Virus record (IMG/VR): IMGVR_UViG_3300036546_000172
Location: 64,001-128,000 of that record
Source: a virus
Lineage: Duplodnaviria; Caudoviricetes
Direction: 5' to 3' (one strand)
DNA: 64,000 nucleotides
The notes beneath the pieces were generated by a model that ran no database searches, had not been told where the DNA came from, and was given only the letters and a program-made list of their open reading frames with translations. The position numbers and the translations under genes were made by a program. How positions within the stretch are numbered: the first letter of the stretch is position 1; every line of letters starts with the position of its first letter. This document shows positions 47,221 to 58,170 of the stretch, piece by piece.

Positions 47221-47241
47221 GGGGCATGTCCCCTCTTTTTT
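47219..47241 (+). terminator. intrinsic terminator
   Basis: gagggg...cccctc hairpin followed by a T-run. Confidence 0.75.
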
Positions 47242-47255
47242 CCTGAAGGACTGAC

Positions 47256-48611
47256 ATGACATCTATTGAACAATCCATCTTCAAAGCGCTCTTATATTCT
47301 GAAGAGTTTGTTCGAAGGACCCTACCATATCTTGAACCCGAATACTTTGATGGTACACATCGAACACTGTTTAACATATACAAGAAGTTATTTGATCAAT
47401 ACAACTCTGTCCCTACGTTTGAAGCCATAGCTGTTACATTACAGAAAGAATCCATTGGTGAATCTGAGTTCGATGAGATTGCTGAAATCATCAGCGAGTG
47501 TTACGAAACCAAGGATGACATGCCTAATGTAGACTGGTTGGTAGATGAGACGGAACAATATTGTCGCGATAAGAAGATCTATAACGCTATCTACGAATCC
47601 ATCAACATCATTGAGGGTACCAATAAGAATCTGGACAAGCATGCCATTCCAGACCTGCTGGATGATGCTCTGGCCGTGTCATTCGACTCAACCATCGGCA
47701 TGGAGTTCTTTGATGATGCAGAGAAGCGTTACGACTCCTACACTGCAGAAGACAACAGAGTAAAATTCCCACTTGATGCTTTGAACATACTGTCCAACAA
47801 CGGACATAAAAAGAAGGCTCTGAGCTGTATATTGGCGGGTACGAATACCGGGAAGAGTAGTATGATGTGCTACTTGTCTGGTGAGTTTCTTAAGCAGGGA
47901 CTCAATGTGCTGTACATCAGCCTTGAGATGGACGAAGAATCTCTGATGCAACGTGTAGAAGCTAACCTACTAGGTGTGAGCACGGATGAACTGAGCAGGA
48001 TTGGTAAGGAAAGATATATGGACGGTATAACCAAGGTTAAGAACAAGACTCACGGTCGATTCTTCGCTAAAGAATATCCAACCTCCTCTGCACACACCGG
48101 TCACTTCAGACACTTGATCAAGGAGCTGAGACAGAAGAAGAAGTTTATCCCCGACTTTATCTTTATAGACTATCTTAATATCTGCGCCTCATCCAGGTAC
48201 AAGAGTATGAGCGGCGTGAACTCATATTCATATGTAAAGGCTATCGCTGAGGAGTTACGAGGATTGGCTGTAGAATTTGATGTACCAATCATGACAGCTA
48301 CTCAGGTAAACCGCGGTGGATATGATGATCAATCTCCTGATATGACATCTACATCAGAAAGTTTCGGAGTTCCGGCTACCCTCGATTGGTTCATAGCTAT
48401 CACTCAAGACGAGGTGTTGAAGGAGAATGGACAGCAATGTATTCACCTGCTGAAGACACGATGGGGCAACAAATCTACTGTGAAGCCTCAGCTGGTCAAC
48501 ATCGATTGGGATCGTATGAGATATTCAGATGTCGGGTCAACTCAGGAGATAGCTAACCAAGTTGGTCAGCGAAAGCCCAAGAAGAAAGTGGATGAAATTG
48601 AGTGGGAGTAG
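47256..48611 (+). CDS. 41: replicative helicase gp41
   Basis: AGTNTGKS, YISLEM, IDYLNIC, KAIAEELRGLAVE and SESFG. Confidence 0.95.
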   Translation: MTSIEQSIFKALLYSEEFVRRTLPYLEPEYFDGTHRTLFNIYKKLFDQYNSVPTFEAIAVTLQKESIGESEFDEIAEIISECYETKDDMPNVDWLVDETEQYCRDKKIYNAIYESINIIEGTNKNLDKHAIPDLLDDALAVSFDSTIGMEFFDDAEKRYDSYTAEDNRVKFPLDALNILSNNGHKKKALSCILAGTNTGKSSMMCYLSGEFLKQGLNVLYISLEMDEESLMQRVEANLLGVSTDELSRIGKERYMDGITKVKNKTHGRFFAKEYPTSSAHTGHFRHLIKELRQKKKFIPDFIFIDYLNICASSRYKSMSGVNSYSYVKAIAEELRGLAVEFDVPIMTATQVNRGGYDDQSPDMTSTSESFGVPATLDWFIAITQDEVLKENGQQCIHLLKTRWGNKSTVKPQLVNIDWDRMRYSDVGSTQEIANQVGQRKPKKKVDEIEWE

Positions 48612-48670
48612 TGGATTCACTCAATTTCAGCCTGTATCATGCATAGTGAATTAACAAATTGGAGATTGAT

Positions 48671-50695
48671 ATGAGTGATTTTATTGCTTTTCGTAATGCT
48701 GTCAATGCGCAACTGCAGCAGATGACCAAACACTATGGTCAGTTGTATCGTGTAGATGTCACCAAAGATGAGATATGGGACTGTTATCTGGCTTCATTCC
48801 CGGCTGGAACCAACCCCGTCTACAAAGAGCGTACTGAGCACGATTGTAATTGCTGCAAGCAGTTCATCCGGGATATTGGGCGTGTGGTTGCAATCGATGA
48901 GAACTTTAAGACGGTGTCTGTGTGGGATATTGATGAGACTGGTACGTTCTATGATGTTGTGGCTTCAGCTATGTCTGATCTGGTGCACAAGCATCGTATT
49001 GATCGTGTATTTCGTCATGATGTGAAGAAAGTGGGACACGCGCGCAACCACACCACAGATGATCAAGGCAACGTAGTTGATTTCGATCATTTCAGCACAA
49101 CACTGAACTCTAAGTTTGTGTTTACTGACGGATCTATCGAAACACGCAACAGCCAAGATCAAGGTAATTATGATGTTCTCGCTCGCAGTGTTCGTGAGAT
49201 CACATCTGATGCTATTGACATTGTGTTGGATCTCATCGATCAGAATTCACTGTATCGAGGCGAGGAGCATCGGTCTATCGTTGCTCTGCTGCGACGTGTT
49301 AAGACTGATTTCGTCAAGATGAAGAACTCGGAAAAGGCTCATAACTATCTGTGGTTCAAGTCTGTTGAACTGGGACATGCCGCTCGCTTTCGCAACACCG
49401 CCATTGGAACCCTGCTAACAGATATCTCCAATGACGTTGATCTGGAACAGGCGGTTAAGAGCTTTGAATCTAAGGTAGCGCCTCACAACTATAAGCGAAC
49501 ATCCGCTCTCATTACCCAGCGCATGATTGATGATGCGCAGAAGACGGTGAAAGCTCTGGGACTGGAGGATGCTCTGTATCGTCGGTTTGCCAAAACAGAT
49601 GACTTGACCATCAACAACGTGCTGTTCGCCAATCGCGATGTACAGCCAAAGATGAAAGGTGCATTCGATGATCTGAAGCCAACGGCAGCTAAGAACAAAC
49701 CGTCTGTGGACGCGTTGGAAGAAATCTCTATTCAGGACTTCGTTAACAAAGTGCTGCCTAAGATTGATTCACTGGAAGTTCTGGTTGAGAATAAACACAG
49801 CGGCAATTTCGTCAGCCTGGTAGCTCCTGTGTACAATGATGCGCCGAGTTTGTTCAAATGGGATAATAATTTCTCATGGACCTATCGGGGTGACATTACT
49901 GACTCCATCAAAGAGCGAGTGAAGAAAGCTGGTGGTAAGGTAGATGGTGATGTTCGTGTATCGCTGTCCTGGAGCAACAGAGATGATCTGGATCTTCATG
50001 TGTTTGAAGAGAAAGGAGCTCATATTCACTTCGGAGCCAAGAGAAGCCCAAGATCTCGAGGTCATCTGGATGTAGATATGAACGTGCATGGTGAGTCTAC
50101 AGATCCTGTTGAGAATGTGACCTGGAGTGATCATCGCACCATGCTGCCTGGCAGACATCGCGTTGACGTGCATCAGTTCACCAAGCGTGAGTCTCACGAC
50201 GTCGGCTTCGAAATTGAAATCGAGGTAATGGGTCAGGTAACCCATGTGGTATACGACAGTCCAGTTAAACAGAATCAATACGTTACAGTGGGTCATCTGG
50301 TAGTAGATAAGAATCACAACGTAACATTCGAACCTGCACTGCCGTCTACTACACGATCACGGACAGAGTGGAATATCGATACTCAGGAGTTCCATAAGGT
50401 CCAGATGGTGATGAACTCACCGAACCACTGGGATGATCAAGAAATTGGCAATAAACACTGGTTCTTTATGCTGGAAGGATGCTATAATCCAGATCCAGCA
50501 CGAGGCTTCTACAACGAATTCCTCAATAATGAGCTGAACAAGCATCGCAAGGTGTTGGAAGTACTGGGTTCTAAGATGAAAGCTGAGCCAACTGAAGATC
50601 AACTAAGTGGTATTGGTTTTTCTTCCACCCAACGTAATGAACTGGTATGTAAAGTGACTGGTTCCTTTAACCGCAAACTGAAGATTAAATTCTGA
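48671..50695 (+). CDS. large conserved phage protein with a C-terminal YfaP/DUF2135-like domain
   Basis: HDCNCCKQF; VSLSW..RDDLDLH and LDVDMN. Confidence 0.7.
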   Translation: MSDFIAFRNAVNAQLQQMTKHYGQLYRVDVTKDEIWDCYLASFPAGTNPVYKERTEHDCNCCKQFIRDIGRVVAIDENFKTVSVWDIDETGTFYDVVASAMSDLVHKHRIDRVFRHDVKKVGHARNHTTDDQGNVVDFDHFSTTLNSKFVFTDGSIETRNSQDQGNYDVLARSVREITSDAIDIVLDLIDQNSLYRGEEHRSIVALLRRVKTDFVKMKNSEKAHNYLWFKSVELGHAARFRNTAIGTLLTDISNDVDLEQAVKSFESKVAPHNYKRTSALITQRMIDDAQKTVKALGLEDALYRRFAKTDDLTINNVLFANRDVQPKMKGAFDDLKPTAAKNKPSVDALEEISIQDFVNKVLPKIDSLEVLVENKHSGNFVSLVAPVYNDAPSLFKWDNNFSWTYRGDITDSIKERVKKAGGKVDGDVRVSLSWSNRDDLDLHVFEEKGAHIHFGAKRSPRSRGHLDVDMNVHGESTDPVENVTWSDHRTMLPGRHRVDVHQFTKRESHDVGFEIEIEVMGQVTHVVYDSPVKQNQYVTVGHLVVDKNHNVTFEPALPSTTRSRTEWNIDTQEFHKVQMVMNSPNHWDDQEIGNKHWFFMLEGCYNPDPARGFYNEFLNNELNKHRKVLEVLGSKMKAEPTEDQLSGIGFSSTQRNELVCKVTGSFNRKLKIKF

Positions 50696-50705
50696 GGAGA
50701 ATATT

Positions 50706-51086
50706 ATGTTTGAACGAGCCACTAAAATGAAGCTGCGTTTTGACTCACCGATGGGCCAATTGACCACTGAAGATTTGTGGGATCTACCACTGACTGGTCG
50801 TAAATTCTCATTGGATGATCTGGCTAAGAACCTGAATCGTCAGATCAAGGAAGCTGAAGAAGAAAGCTTCGTGGTCAAGCGTACGTACGCTAACCAGACG
50901 TTGAATCTCAAGTTTGACATTGTCAAGCACGTGATTCAGGTTAAGATGGATGAAGCTGAAGTCAAGGATCAAGCAGCCAAGAAGAAAGCTGAGAAGGCTC
51001 GCATTATGGAGATCATTTCTCAGAAAGAGAACGAAGCGCTTCAAAGCAAGTCCTTGGATGAGCTTAAAGCTCTGCTTAACGGTTGA
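50706..51086 (+). CDS. conserved phage hypothetical protein
   Basis: KLRFDS..GQLTTEDLWDLPL; typical partner of the upstream gene. Confidence 0.7.
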   Translation: MFERATKMKLRFDSPMGQLTTEDLWDLPLTGRKFSLDDLAKNLNRQIKEAEEESFVVKRTYANQTLNLKFDIVKHVIQVKMDEAEVKDQAAKKKAEKARIMEIISQKENEALQSKSLDELKALLNG

Positions 51087-51126
51087 GAATAGAGGGGCAT
51101 TGCCCCTCTCCTTTTAGGAGTTTATC

Positions 51127-52005
51127 ATGCTGTCGCTTGTAATTCGTCAACCCAATCATTCTGCGTATGAGGTATCGTTCACGGTTGATCATTTTCCGTG
51201 CGGAGAGACTAATCTCAGAGTAGATGATCCGCGTGTATCTAAGCTCAAAGAGATCAAACAACACGAAGGTACGTTCATCATTGGCTTCATGTATGAGTCG
51301 AACGATGACCTGATCAACCTGGCTCTTCTATGCGACGCGCTAGACGGGGTCAACTCCTCTCTCCCCAGGGTTCTATCTATCGGGTACGTTCCTTATGGAA
51401 GACAGGATCGACGCTGTAATGAAGGAGAGCCTCATTCATTGAAGGTGATTTCACGTTTTATCAACTCTATGGGATTCTCATCGGTTCTTGTCATGGATCC
51501 CCACAGTGATGTCATCGAGGCTCTGATTAATAATGTGCGTATTGTTGGTGTTGAGAAGATATGCTCCAACTTCATCATTTACAGTGATTACGATTACCTG
51601 GTATCGCCAGACGGTGGTGCGTACAAGAAGGTGAATAAAGTAGCTCAGATGACGAACGTTCCTGTTATTCGTGGCGATAAGGTACGCGACACTGAGACCG
51701 GAAAGATATCTAACATCACGGTTCACTGTGATGAAGGACAATTACAAGGCAAGAAAGTCCTGATCGTGGATGATATATGTGATGGTGGCGGTACTTTCAA
51801 CGGACTGGCACTTGAACTTCTCAACAAAGGAGCTCATACTGTGGATCTGTACGTGACTCACGGTATGTTCACCAAAGGAGTGGAGCAAGTAACTCATCAC
51901 CTGGGGTCTCAAATCATTGATCGGGTGGTTGTAGGTTTCTATCATGGACCTGGTGAAGATCGAGATCTGGTCTATGTTATACCACATTATGAGGTGTTGA
52001 AATGA
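51127..52005 (+). CDS. ribose-phosphate pyrophosphokinase-like protein (Adps-like)
   Basis: FPCGE, YVPYGRQDR, DPHS, SPDGGA and DDICDGGGT. Confidence 0.9.
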   Translation: MLSLVIRQPNHSAYEVSFTVDHFPCGETNLRVDDPRVSKLKEIKQHEGTFIIGFMYESNDDLINLALLCDALDGVNSSLPRVLSIGYVPYGRQDRRCNEGEPHSLKVISRFINSMGFSSVLVMDPHSDVIEALINNVRIVGVEKICSNFIIYSDYDYLVSPDGGAYKKVNKVAQMTNVPVIRGDKVRDTETGKISNITVHCDEGQLQGKKVLIVDDICDGGGTFNGLALELLNKGAHTVDLYVTHGMFTKGVEQVTHHLGSQIIDRVVVGFYHGPGEDRDLVYVIPHYEVLK

Positions 52006-52520
52006 AATACGTTAGCGGTAATCTGTTGAACCTGGCCGAACAGGGTCAATTTGATATCATAGTACATGGATGCAATTGCTTCTGCACCATGGGGTCGGGG
52101 ATCGCGGGACAGATTGCATCACGATACCCTAAGGCTTACGCTGTAGACAATATGACCATCTCCGGAGATGCTAATAAGCTGGGTAAGTTTACTCAGGCTT
52201 ACATCGATGGTTATTCGCTGCAGCAGATCGGATCAAACATCAGAGGGCTGAAGAGAGCGCCATACCACTTCACTCTGATTAATGCCTACACTCAGTATGG
52301 TTTCGATCCGTCAACCAAACCGGTAGATTATGAAGCTATATACAGCGTGTTTAAGCAGATCAAGATGCTGTATGATCTTAATCCTATGGCAATCCAGCGC
52401 ATTGGTATTCCTAAGATCGGTGCCGGTTTAGCTGGTGGTGACTGGGATCGTATTGAGCAGATCATCGACAGTCTGAAATTTAATGACATTACCTGCGTGG
52501 TATACGAGGACAAGCAATGA
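52002..52520 (+). CDS. macrodomain (ADP-ribose-binding/hydrolase) protein, T4 Tk.4-like
   Basis: HGCNCFCTMGSGIA and PKIGAGLAGGDW. Confidence 0.9.
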   Translation: MKYVSGNLLNLAEQGQFDIIVHGCNCFCTMGSGIAGQIASRYPKAYAVDNMTISGDANKLGKFTQAYIDGYSLQQIGSNIRGLKRAPYHFTLINAYTQYGFDPSTKPVDYEAIYSVFKQIKMLYDLNPMAIQRIGIPKIGAGLAGGDWDRIEQIIDSLKFNDITCVVYEDKQ

Positions 52521-54127
52521 ACAATCCAATGACACAGACCGACTTCTACAAGGTCAATCACCGGTTCCAATATCCAGAGGGCACCTCTCTGGTCTTCTCA
52601 AACTTCACCCCTCGTTCAGGTAAACATTTTGAACGTGAAGTAGATGGTGTGGTTTTCTTGGGGCTTCAGAAGTTCATCCTTGAGCATCTGATCGTCGAGT
52701 GGGAAGAAGAGTTCTTCAATGTACCGAAAGAGATCGCTGTTGGTGATTACAAGCGACGTATTGAGACCTCACTGGGACCTAACGCCATTGCATTCGATCA
52801 TGTTGAAGCATTGCATGATCTTGGATATCTTCCTATTCGCATTCGTGCACTACCCGAAGGCTCTGTTGTACCGTTCAGAGTGCCAATGTTCACCGTTGAG
52901 AACACTGATCCTGAGTTCTTCTGGCTCACGAACTATCTGGAAACCGTGATGTCGGCTGAAATCTGGAAGCCCACCACTGTGGCTACCATTGCATTTGAGT
53001 ACCGCAAGATCCTAGAGAAATACGCCGAAGAAACCGGTGCTGATAAGGCCATGATTCCTTTCAGTGTGCATGATTTCTCCATGCGCGGGATGTCCGGTCG
53101 CGCTGATGCTGCCAATTCCGGTGTTGGTCATCTGTTATCATTTGTCGGCTCAGACAACATTCCAGCTATTGATTGCTGTGAGATGTTCTACTACGCCGAT
53201 CCTGAGAACGAGCTTATTGGGACATCAATCCCCGCCTCAGAACACAGCGTGATGTGCGCCGGGGGACATCTCAATGAGTTTGAAACCTATAAGCGTTTTA
53301 TCACTGACCTGTATCCCGGTGGACTGGTAGGTATTGTAAGTGATACATGGGACCTGTGGAAGGTTCTCACAGAGATTGCACCGGGATTGAAAGATGAAAT
53401 TATGGCACGTGATGGTAAAGTTGTCTTCCGTCCTGATAGTGGTGATCCTGTTAAGATTCTGACCGGGTACACATGGAACGGTAAAGAGTACTTCGATGAT
53501 TCTGATTTTGATGGTGAAGATTATCAAGATGCTGTCAATAATTACGAAGTAGTTAAGATGAACGGTAAGTTCTATACTCTGATCCAAGAAGGCTATATGG
53601 CTGGTATGACAGATAAAGAACTATCAGAAAATGAAGTCAAAGGCGCTGTTCAAATCCTTTGGGAGCAGTTCGGTGGAACACTCAACGAGAAAGGATTTAA
53701 AGAGCTAGATTCTCATGTCGGATTGATCTACGGCGACTCTATCACTCTTGAGCGTTGTGAAGCAATCTGTCAGCGTCTGAAAGATAAAGGCTTCAGTTCA
53801 GGTAACGTAGTCTTCGGTGTGGGTTCATATACCTACCAGATGATTACTCGCGACACCTTTGGAATGGCTATGAAAGCCACCTACTGTGAAATCGACGGTG
53901 AAGGTCGTGAGATCTTCAAGGATCCAGTAACAGATGATGGTGTGAAGAAGAGCGCCAAGGGTCTGCTCAAGGTGATCAAGGATTCTCAGTATCGTCTGGT
54001 AGATCAGGTATCCTGGGACGACGTCAATGCTGGCGATAATGAGCTGAAGGTTGTGTATGAGGATGGGCTTCTGCACAAAGTTCACACTCTGGGTCAAATC
54101 CGAGAGCGCGTAGCTCAATCATTCTAA
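52517..54127 (+). CDS. nicotinamide phosphoribosyltransferase-like protein (Nampt/Namat)
   Basis: TDFYK..H, HDFSMRG, ASEHSVM, RPDSGDP, YGDSIT and KKSAKG. Confidence 0.93.
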   Translation: MNNPMTQTDFYKVNHRFQYPEGTSLVFSNFTPRSGKHFEREVDGVVFLGLQKFILEHLIVEWEEEFFNVPKEIAVGDYKRRIETSLGPNAIAFDHVEALHDLGYLPIRIRALPEGSVVPFRVPMFTVENTDPEFFWLTNYLETVMSAEIWKPTTVATIAFEYRKILEKYAEETGADKAMIPFSVHDFSMRGMSGRADAANSGVGHLLSFVGSDNIPAIDCCEMFYYADPENELIGTSIPASEHSVMCAGGHLNEFETYKRFITDLYPGGLVGIVSDTWDLWKVLTEIAPGLKDEIMARDGKVVFRPDSGDPVKILTGYTWNGKEYFDDSDFDGEDYQDAVNNYEVVKMNGKFYTLIQEGYMAGMTDKELSENEVKGAVQILWEQFGGTLNEKGFKELDSHVGLIYGDSITLERCEAICQRLKDKGFSSGNVVFGVGSYTYQMITRDTFGMAMKATYCEIDGEGREIFKDPVTDDGVKKSAKGLLKVIKDSQYRLVDQVSWDDVNAGDNELKVVYEDGLLHKVHTLGQIRERVAQSF

Positions 54128-54171
54128 TCATTAGAGGGTCTTAAGGCCCTCTTCCTTTATAGGAGTGTAGT

Positions 54172-54480
54172 GTGGAAATTATCATTCTGATCATCGTTGC
54201 ATTCGTGCAGAATATGGCATTCACCTGGGTCAGTCGAAGCCGCAACTCAGGAGATCCGGGGTACCATCGATACGCTGCATACTGCTCAAACTCAATCTGG
54301 TTCGTCACTAACGTACTGATCTGGAGACAGGTGTGGACAGCTATTGAGAGTGGCAATTGGTGGTATCTCCTTGTTGCAGGACTGGCCTACACAATTGCCA
54401 CGAGCGAAGGTAGCGTGTTGATGATGAAGCGGTTGCTGAAATCAGAAACAGGTAAGAGGCAGGTGGGCGCAAGAGGTTGA
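54172..54480 (+). CDS. membrane protein
   Basis: Hydrophobic segments; SRSRNS motif. Confidence 0.65.
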   Translation: MEIIILIIVAFVQNMAFTWVSRSRNSGDPGYHRYAAYCSNSIWFVTNVLIWRQVWTAIESGNWWYLLVAGLAYTIATSEGSVLMMKRLLKSETGKRQVGARG

Positions 54481-54823
54481 CATCCCGGCTTAACTGTAGT
54501 TGAACTAAGCCAAGGAAGGCGCTATTATATGTTTAATGAAGAAGGAGATTACATCATGGCACAGTTTCACAAAGTTAATCGTCAGATCAAAAAGCAATTC
54601 CCGGCTTTGGACATCGAAGTCATTCGCGGTGAAGGTTATGTATACTTCATCGGAGAGGACGGTTATAAGCTCGACTCCATCATGACTCATCCAACTTCTA
54701 CCTCAACTGAAGATCTGATCAGAATGTGTGTAGATGAGATTGAATCTTTAGTTGATCTCTGACGTCAGAGCCGTCATAATATATTCATCAAATGAAGACA
54801 TTGACCTAAAGAGGTACTACATC

Positions 54824-55093
54824 ATGCTTACATCCTACGAAGCAACCGCCCTTGATAACGTCCGCGAGTGGTGCAGTGACGTTAACCACGAGACTGCTAC
54901 AGCTGCCGACTACGAAAATTGCTACTGTGGTGCTGACATCTACACCATCAGCAAGGCTTGCAACATCACAGAGAATCAAGCGAAGGGAGTGTTAAGCTCT
55001 TTGGTCAAAAAAGGACTGGTGGTTCAGCACGACGAAGATTACAACTTCATGATTAATCTAACAGAAAAAGGCTTCAATGCGATGGTTAAATGA
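54824..55093 (+). CDS. small winged-helix-like protein
   Basis: QAKGVLSSLVKKGLV...LTEKG. Confidence 0.6.
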   Translation: MLTSYEATALDNVREWCSDVNHETATAADYENCYCGADIYTISKACNITENQAKGVLSSLVKKGLVVQHDEDYNFMINLTEKGFNAMVK

Positions 55094-55149
55094 CCATCGC
55101 ATTTCATATTAAAATGAGTGTGTATAATAACCGAAGAGAGGTAATAACT

Positions 55150-55425
55150 ATGTTCTGTGCAAATTGTGGTACTCAAATGAGCGATGCAGCGGTATCTTGT
55201 CCGTCTTGCGGTCATCCGGTGAAGCGAGCAGGAGTCAAGTCAAAAGCAGTGTTCGTGCTTCTGGCTCTGTTCCTAGGTGGTCTCGGCATCCATCGAATGT
55301 ATATTGGCAACTGGGGTCTTGGTATTCTGTATCTTTTGTTCTGCTGGACCGGCATTCCAATGATCATCGCGGTAGTTGAAGCAATCGTAATCGGGCTGCG
55401 TAACAATGACGAGAGGTTCGAATGA
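55150..55425 (+). CDS. zinc-ribbon plus TM2 domain membrane protein
   Basis: CANC...CPSC; LLALFLGGLGIHRMYIG. Confidence 0.85.
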   Translation: MFCANCGTQMSDAAVSCPSCGHPVKRAGVKSKAVFVLLALFLGGLGIHRMYIGNWGLGILYLLFCWTGIPMIIAVVEAIVIGLRNNDERFE

Positions 55426-55649
55426 TGCGACGAGTACTAGCGATCACTATCATCGTTGCAGCCTTGAGTGGTTGTAGTGTAGCGAAGAACTCCGACACGC
55501 CGAATGGTGTGGTTAAGAACGAGAACGGGATCACCTACATCTTGACGTGTATTGAAGGTCAGACCTTCATAGCTACTCAAGGATCGTATGGATTCTGGCA
55601 GTTTGCAGGTCCCGTTAACTCAACATGTGAAACCAACAAAGGAAGATAA
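55422..55649 (+). CDS. small lipoprotein
   Basis: Signal peptide with LSGC lipobox. Confidence 0.7.
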   Translation: MMRRVLAITIIVAALSGCSVAKNSDTPNGVVKNENGITYILTCIEGQTFIATQGSYGFWQFAGPVNSTCETNKGR

Positions 55650-55650
55650 T

Positions 55651-57690
55651 ATGTTCGAAGTCATTGAACTCGGCGGAATGAAGACCGTGAAGTCTAATTC
55701 TGCCACCAATCACGTGTATCTGGTTGACGTCTCAGGCTCTATGTATGGTTCACTGCCTAAGATGCGTCAACATCTGAAGAATATCGTCAGCATGGTAGCG
55801 CAACCAGACGATACCTTCACAGTGATCTATTTCAGCGGTCGCGGACAGTGCGGAGTGGTGTGCGAATGTGTCCCTGTTGGAGACCTAGCCTCCGTTACAT
55901 CTGTTCAACAAGCTATTGATCGTTGGCTTACTCCTATTGGACTCACCGGGTTTGCCGAGCCCATGGAACTAGCCGTCAATGTAGCATCCAAGTTCGATAA
56001 TGACAAGTACAACAACTTTGTCATGTTGACGGATGGCTATGACAATCAATCCAATCGAACCCAGATCGTAGAAGACGCACGTGCGCTGCCATCGGTGTAT
56101 CAAAGCGTATCCTTCATTGAGTACGGATGGTATTGTGACCGTGAGCTCCTGGCTAAAATGGCTGAAGCATCTGGCGGTGTTCATGTATTCGCTGAAGGTT
56201 ATGACGAATACGAAGTCACTTTCGACGATGTTGTATCTGGTGCTGTTCGTGAGAGTCGAGTCACGGTAGACATCAACAAAAAAGCCAAGCACGCAATCTA
56301 TACACACAACGATCGAATCTTCATCGCTGAAGTATCTGATGGTCAGGTATCTGTACCTGAGAGTGTGGAGCGTGTACATTCGATCGTACCTGGTGATGTA
56401 TTGCAGAAGCATCTGAGTGATGATCACCTGTATCTCATCATGTACTACGCAGCTAAGACAGGCAATAGCAAGCTGGTTTGGCGTTGTCTTGAAGCTACCG
56501 GTGATATCCGACTCATCGACCTCTATACCAATGCCTTCACTCGTCAGGAATTGACGCATTTCACTGAAGTAGTTGAAAATGCAGTACTATATCCAGACGA
56601 GCGCGGTATTCATGGTGTAGATACTGATTACCTGCCACCGGAAGATGCCATCACAGTAATGGATGTATTGAAAGTACTGGATCAATCCGATGTAAAAATC
56701 GTGGTAGATTCACCATACTTCGAATATGCCAAGATTGGACAGAGTCGTGTCGCAGAAGAGGACTTGCCTCGATTTGTTAAGACTCCAGGTCAATATGCAT
56801 CTATTACCGGACTGACATACAACAGCTCTCGACCGAATGTGTCTATCCAGACTCTGATTCAGGGTTCTGTTGAACTGCCTGAGAATGATTTCAATCTCAA
56901 GCGAGTGCCCAGTCATCAATGGCGCAACTACACCATTATTCGAGACGGTATTCTCAATACCAAAGCACTGCCGGTTCTCATTAACCAAGAGACTCTGGCA
57001 AAACTGGATTCTCTGGATGATGCGCTGGTAGATGTGGTTGAAGACGGTGAATCAGTGTATGCTGTATTGAACCTGGACGTGATGCCTGTAATCAATCGTA
57101 AGATGTCTATGTCACCGGACGTCAATGTATTCGCTGAGATGAACAAAGAGCTGATCGAGTATCAGGCTTATATCAAAGGGTTGAAATCCTGCCTCAGTGA
57201 GAAAGATGCTAAAGCCGAGACATTGGCTAAGATCTACGGTGAAGAGGCTGCCAAGTGGCTGTCTTCAATTGGTATCAGAGACTATGGGTTCAGTCCAGTA
57301 GGCACCAAAGGAGCTGAGACATCTGACTTCTATTACGCGACCGATCTTGAAACCAAGATCAAGGGACTCAATAGTCTGCCATCAGCCAATGCTGTTCAGA
57401 AGAAGATTGACAATGGTAAGAAATTCACCGTCAGTGAGTATCTGGTCTCGATTGGTATGAAGGAGGGCAGTGATCTGAGTGACGATGAGTTGAAGACAAC
57501 GATCAAAGCTGTGAATCAGACCATCAAAGACGTTCAAGCACAGTTGAGTTCCATCGTGTATTCTATGATCATTGGTAAGACTTGGTTCAAGGGTGTAGAT
57601 GACGATGAAGTGACTGTCAATCTGAACTTTGATCAACTCTATGACGTACCGATGAATGTGAAGCTGGTACGCAGAGAGATTAAAATTTGA
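55651..57690 (+). CDS. vWA-domain protein
   Basis: DVSGSM MIDAS motif and LTDG. Confidence 0.85.
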   Translation: MFEVIELGGMKTVKSNSATNHVYLVDVSGSMYGSLPKMRQHLKNIVSMVAQPDDTFTVIYFSGRGQCGVVCECVPVGDLASVTSVQQAIDRWLTPIGLTGFAEPMELAVNVASKFDNDKYNNFVMLTDGYDNQSNRTQIVEDARALPSVYQSVSFIEYGWYCDRELLAKMAEASGGVHVFAEGYDEYEVTFDDVVSGAVRESRVTVDINKKAKHAIYTHNDRIFIAEVSDGQVSVPESVERVHSIVPGDVLQKHLSDDHLYLIMYYAAKTGNSKLVWRCLEATGDIRLIDLYTNAFTRQELTHFTEVVENAVLYPDERGIHGVDTDYLPPEDAITVMDVLKVLDQSDVKIVVDSPYFEYAKIGQSRVAEEDLPRFVKTPGQYASITGLTYNSSRPNVSIQTLIQGSVELPENDFNLKRVPSHQWRNYTIIRDGILNTKALPVLINQETLAKLDSLDDALVDVVEDGESVYAVLNLDVMPVINRKMSMSPDVNVFAEMNKELIEYQAYIKGLKSCLSEKDAKAETLAKIYGEEAAKWLSSIGIRDYGFSPVGTKGAETSDFYYATDLETKIKGLNSLPSANAVQKKIDNGKKFTVSEYLVSIGMKEGSDLSDDELKTTIKAVNQTIKDVQAQLSSIVYSMIIGKTWFKGVDDDEVTVNLNFDQLYDVPMNVKLVRREIKI

Positions 57691-57693
57691 AAC

Positions 57694-57712
57694 GGGCCTT
57701 CGGGCCCTTTTT
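57694..57712 (+). terminator. intrinsic terminator with a UUCG-type loop
   Basis: gggccttcgggccc followed by a T-run. Confidence 0.8.
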
Positions 57713-57720
57713 AGGAGATT

Positions 57721-58170
57721 ATGATGAAGATCAATACAAACGCCTGGCACTTTAAAATCCTATCAGAGAAGGATAAGAGTAGAATACTCACAGCTGGTGA
57801 CGTCTCGCTATGTCTCTACTTCTGGAGGGTGGTGTTTGGTACACTGATGCACATAGCTGCATTTGGGGTACTAGCCGCGGCCGCGGTGGTGATCTCGTTC
57901 TTCGTATATGCGACAGGTTACATCTACTACTTCACAATAGCTTATGGGGTATTTGATGTGATGTCGTTTGATCGAGACATGCTGGACTCGTCTATAGCGC
58001 TTAATGTGCTAGGTGTGTTTGTAGTCTCCACGTATCTGATTGTGAGTCATACCATCGAAGTCATTCGGAGGTTCAGCGGTCGAGTTCGTCCTGAGAAAGA
58101 ACCCACGCTGATTGGATCCTACATCCATGCTAAGAAGCAACGTGTATGTCCGTATCTAGAGGTGGAGTGA
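57721..58170 (+). CDS. membrane protein
   Basis: SLCLYFW, transmembrane segments and a K.RVCP C-terminus. Confidence 0.65.
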   Translation: MMKINTNAWHFKILSEKDKSRILTAGDVSLCLYFWRVVFGTLMHIAAFGVLAAAAVVISFFVYATGYIYYFTIAYGVFDVMSFDRDMLDSSIALNVLGVFVVSTYLIVSHTIEVIRRFSGRVRPEKEPTLIGSYIHAKKQRVCPYLEVE

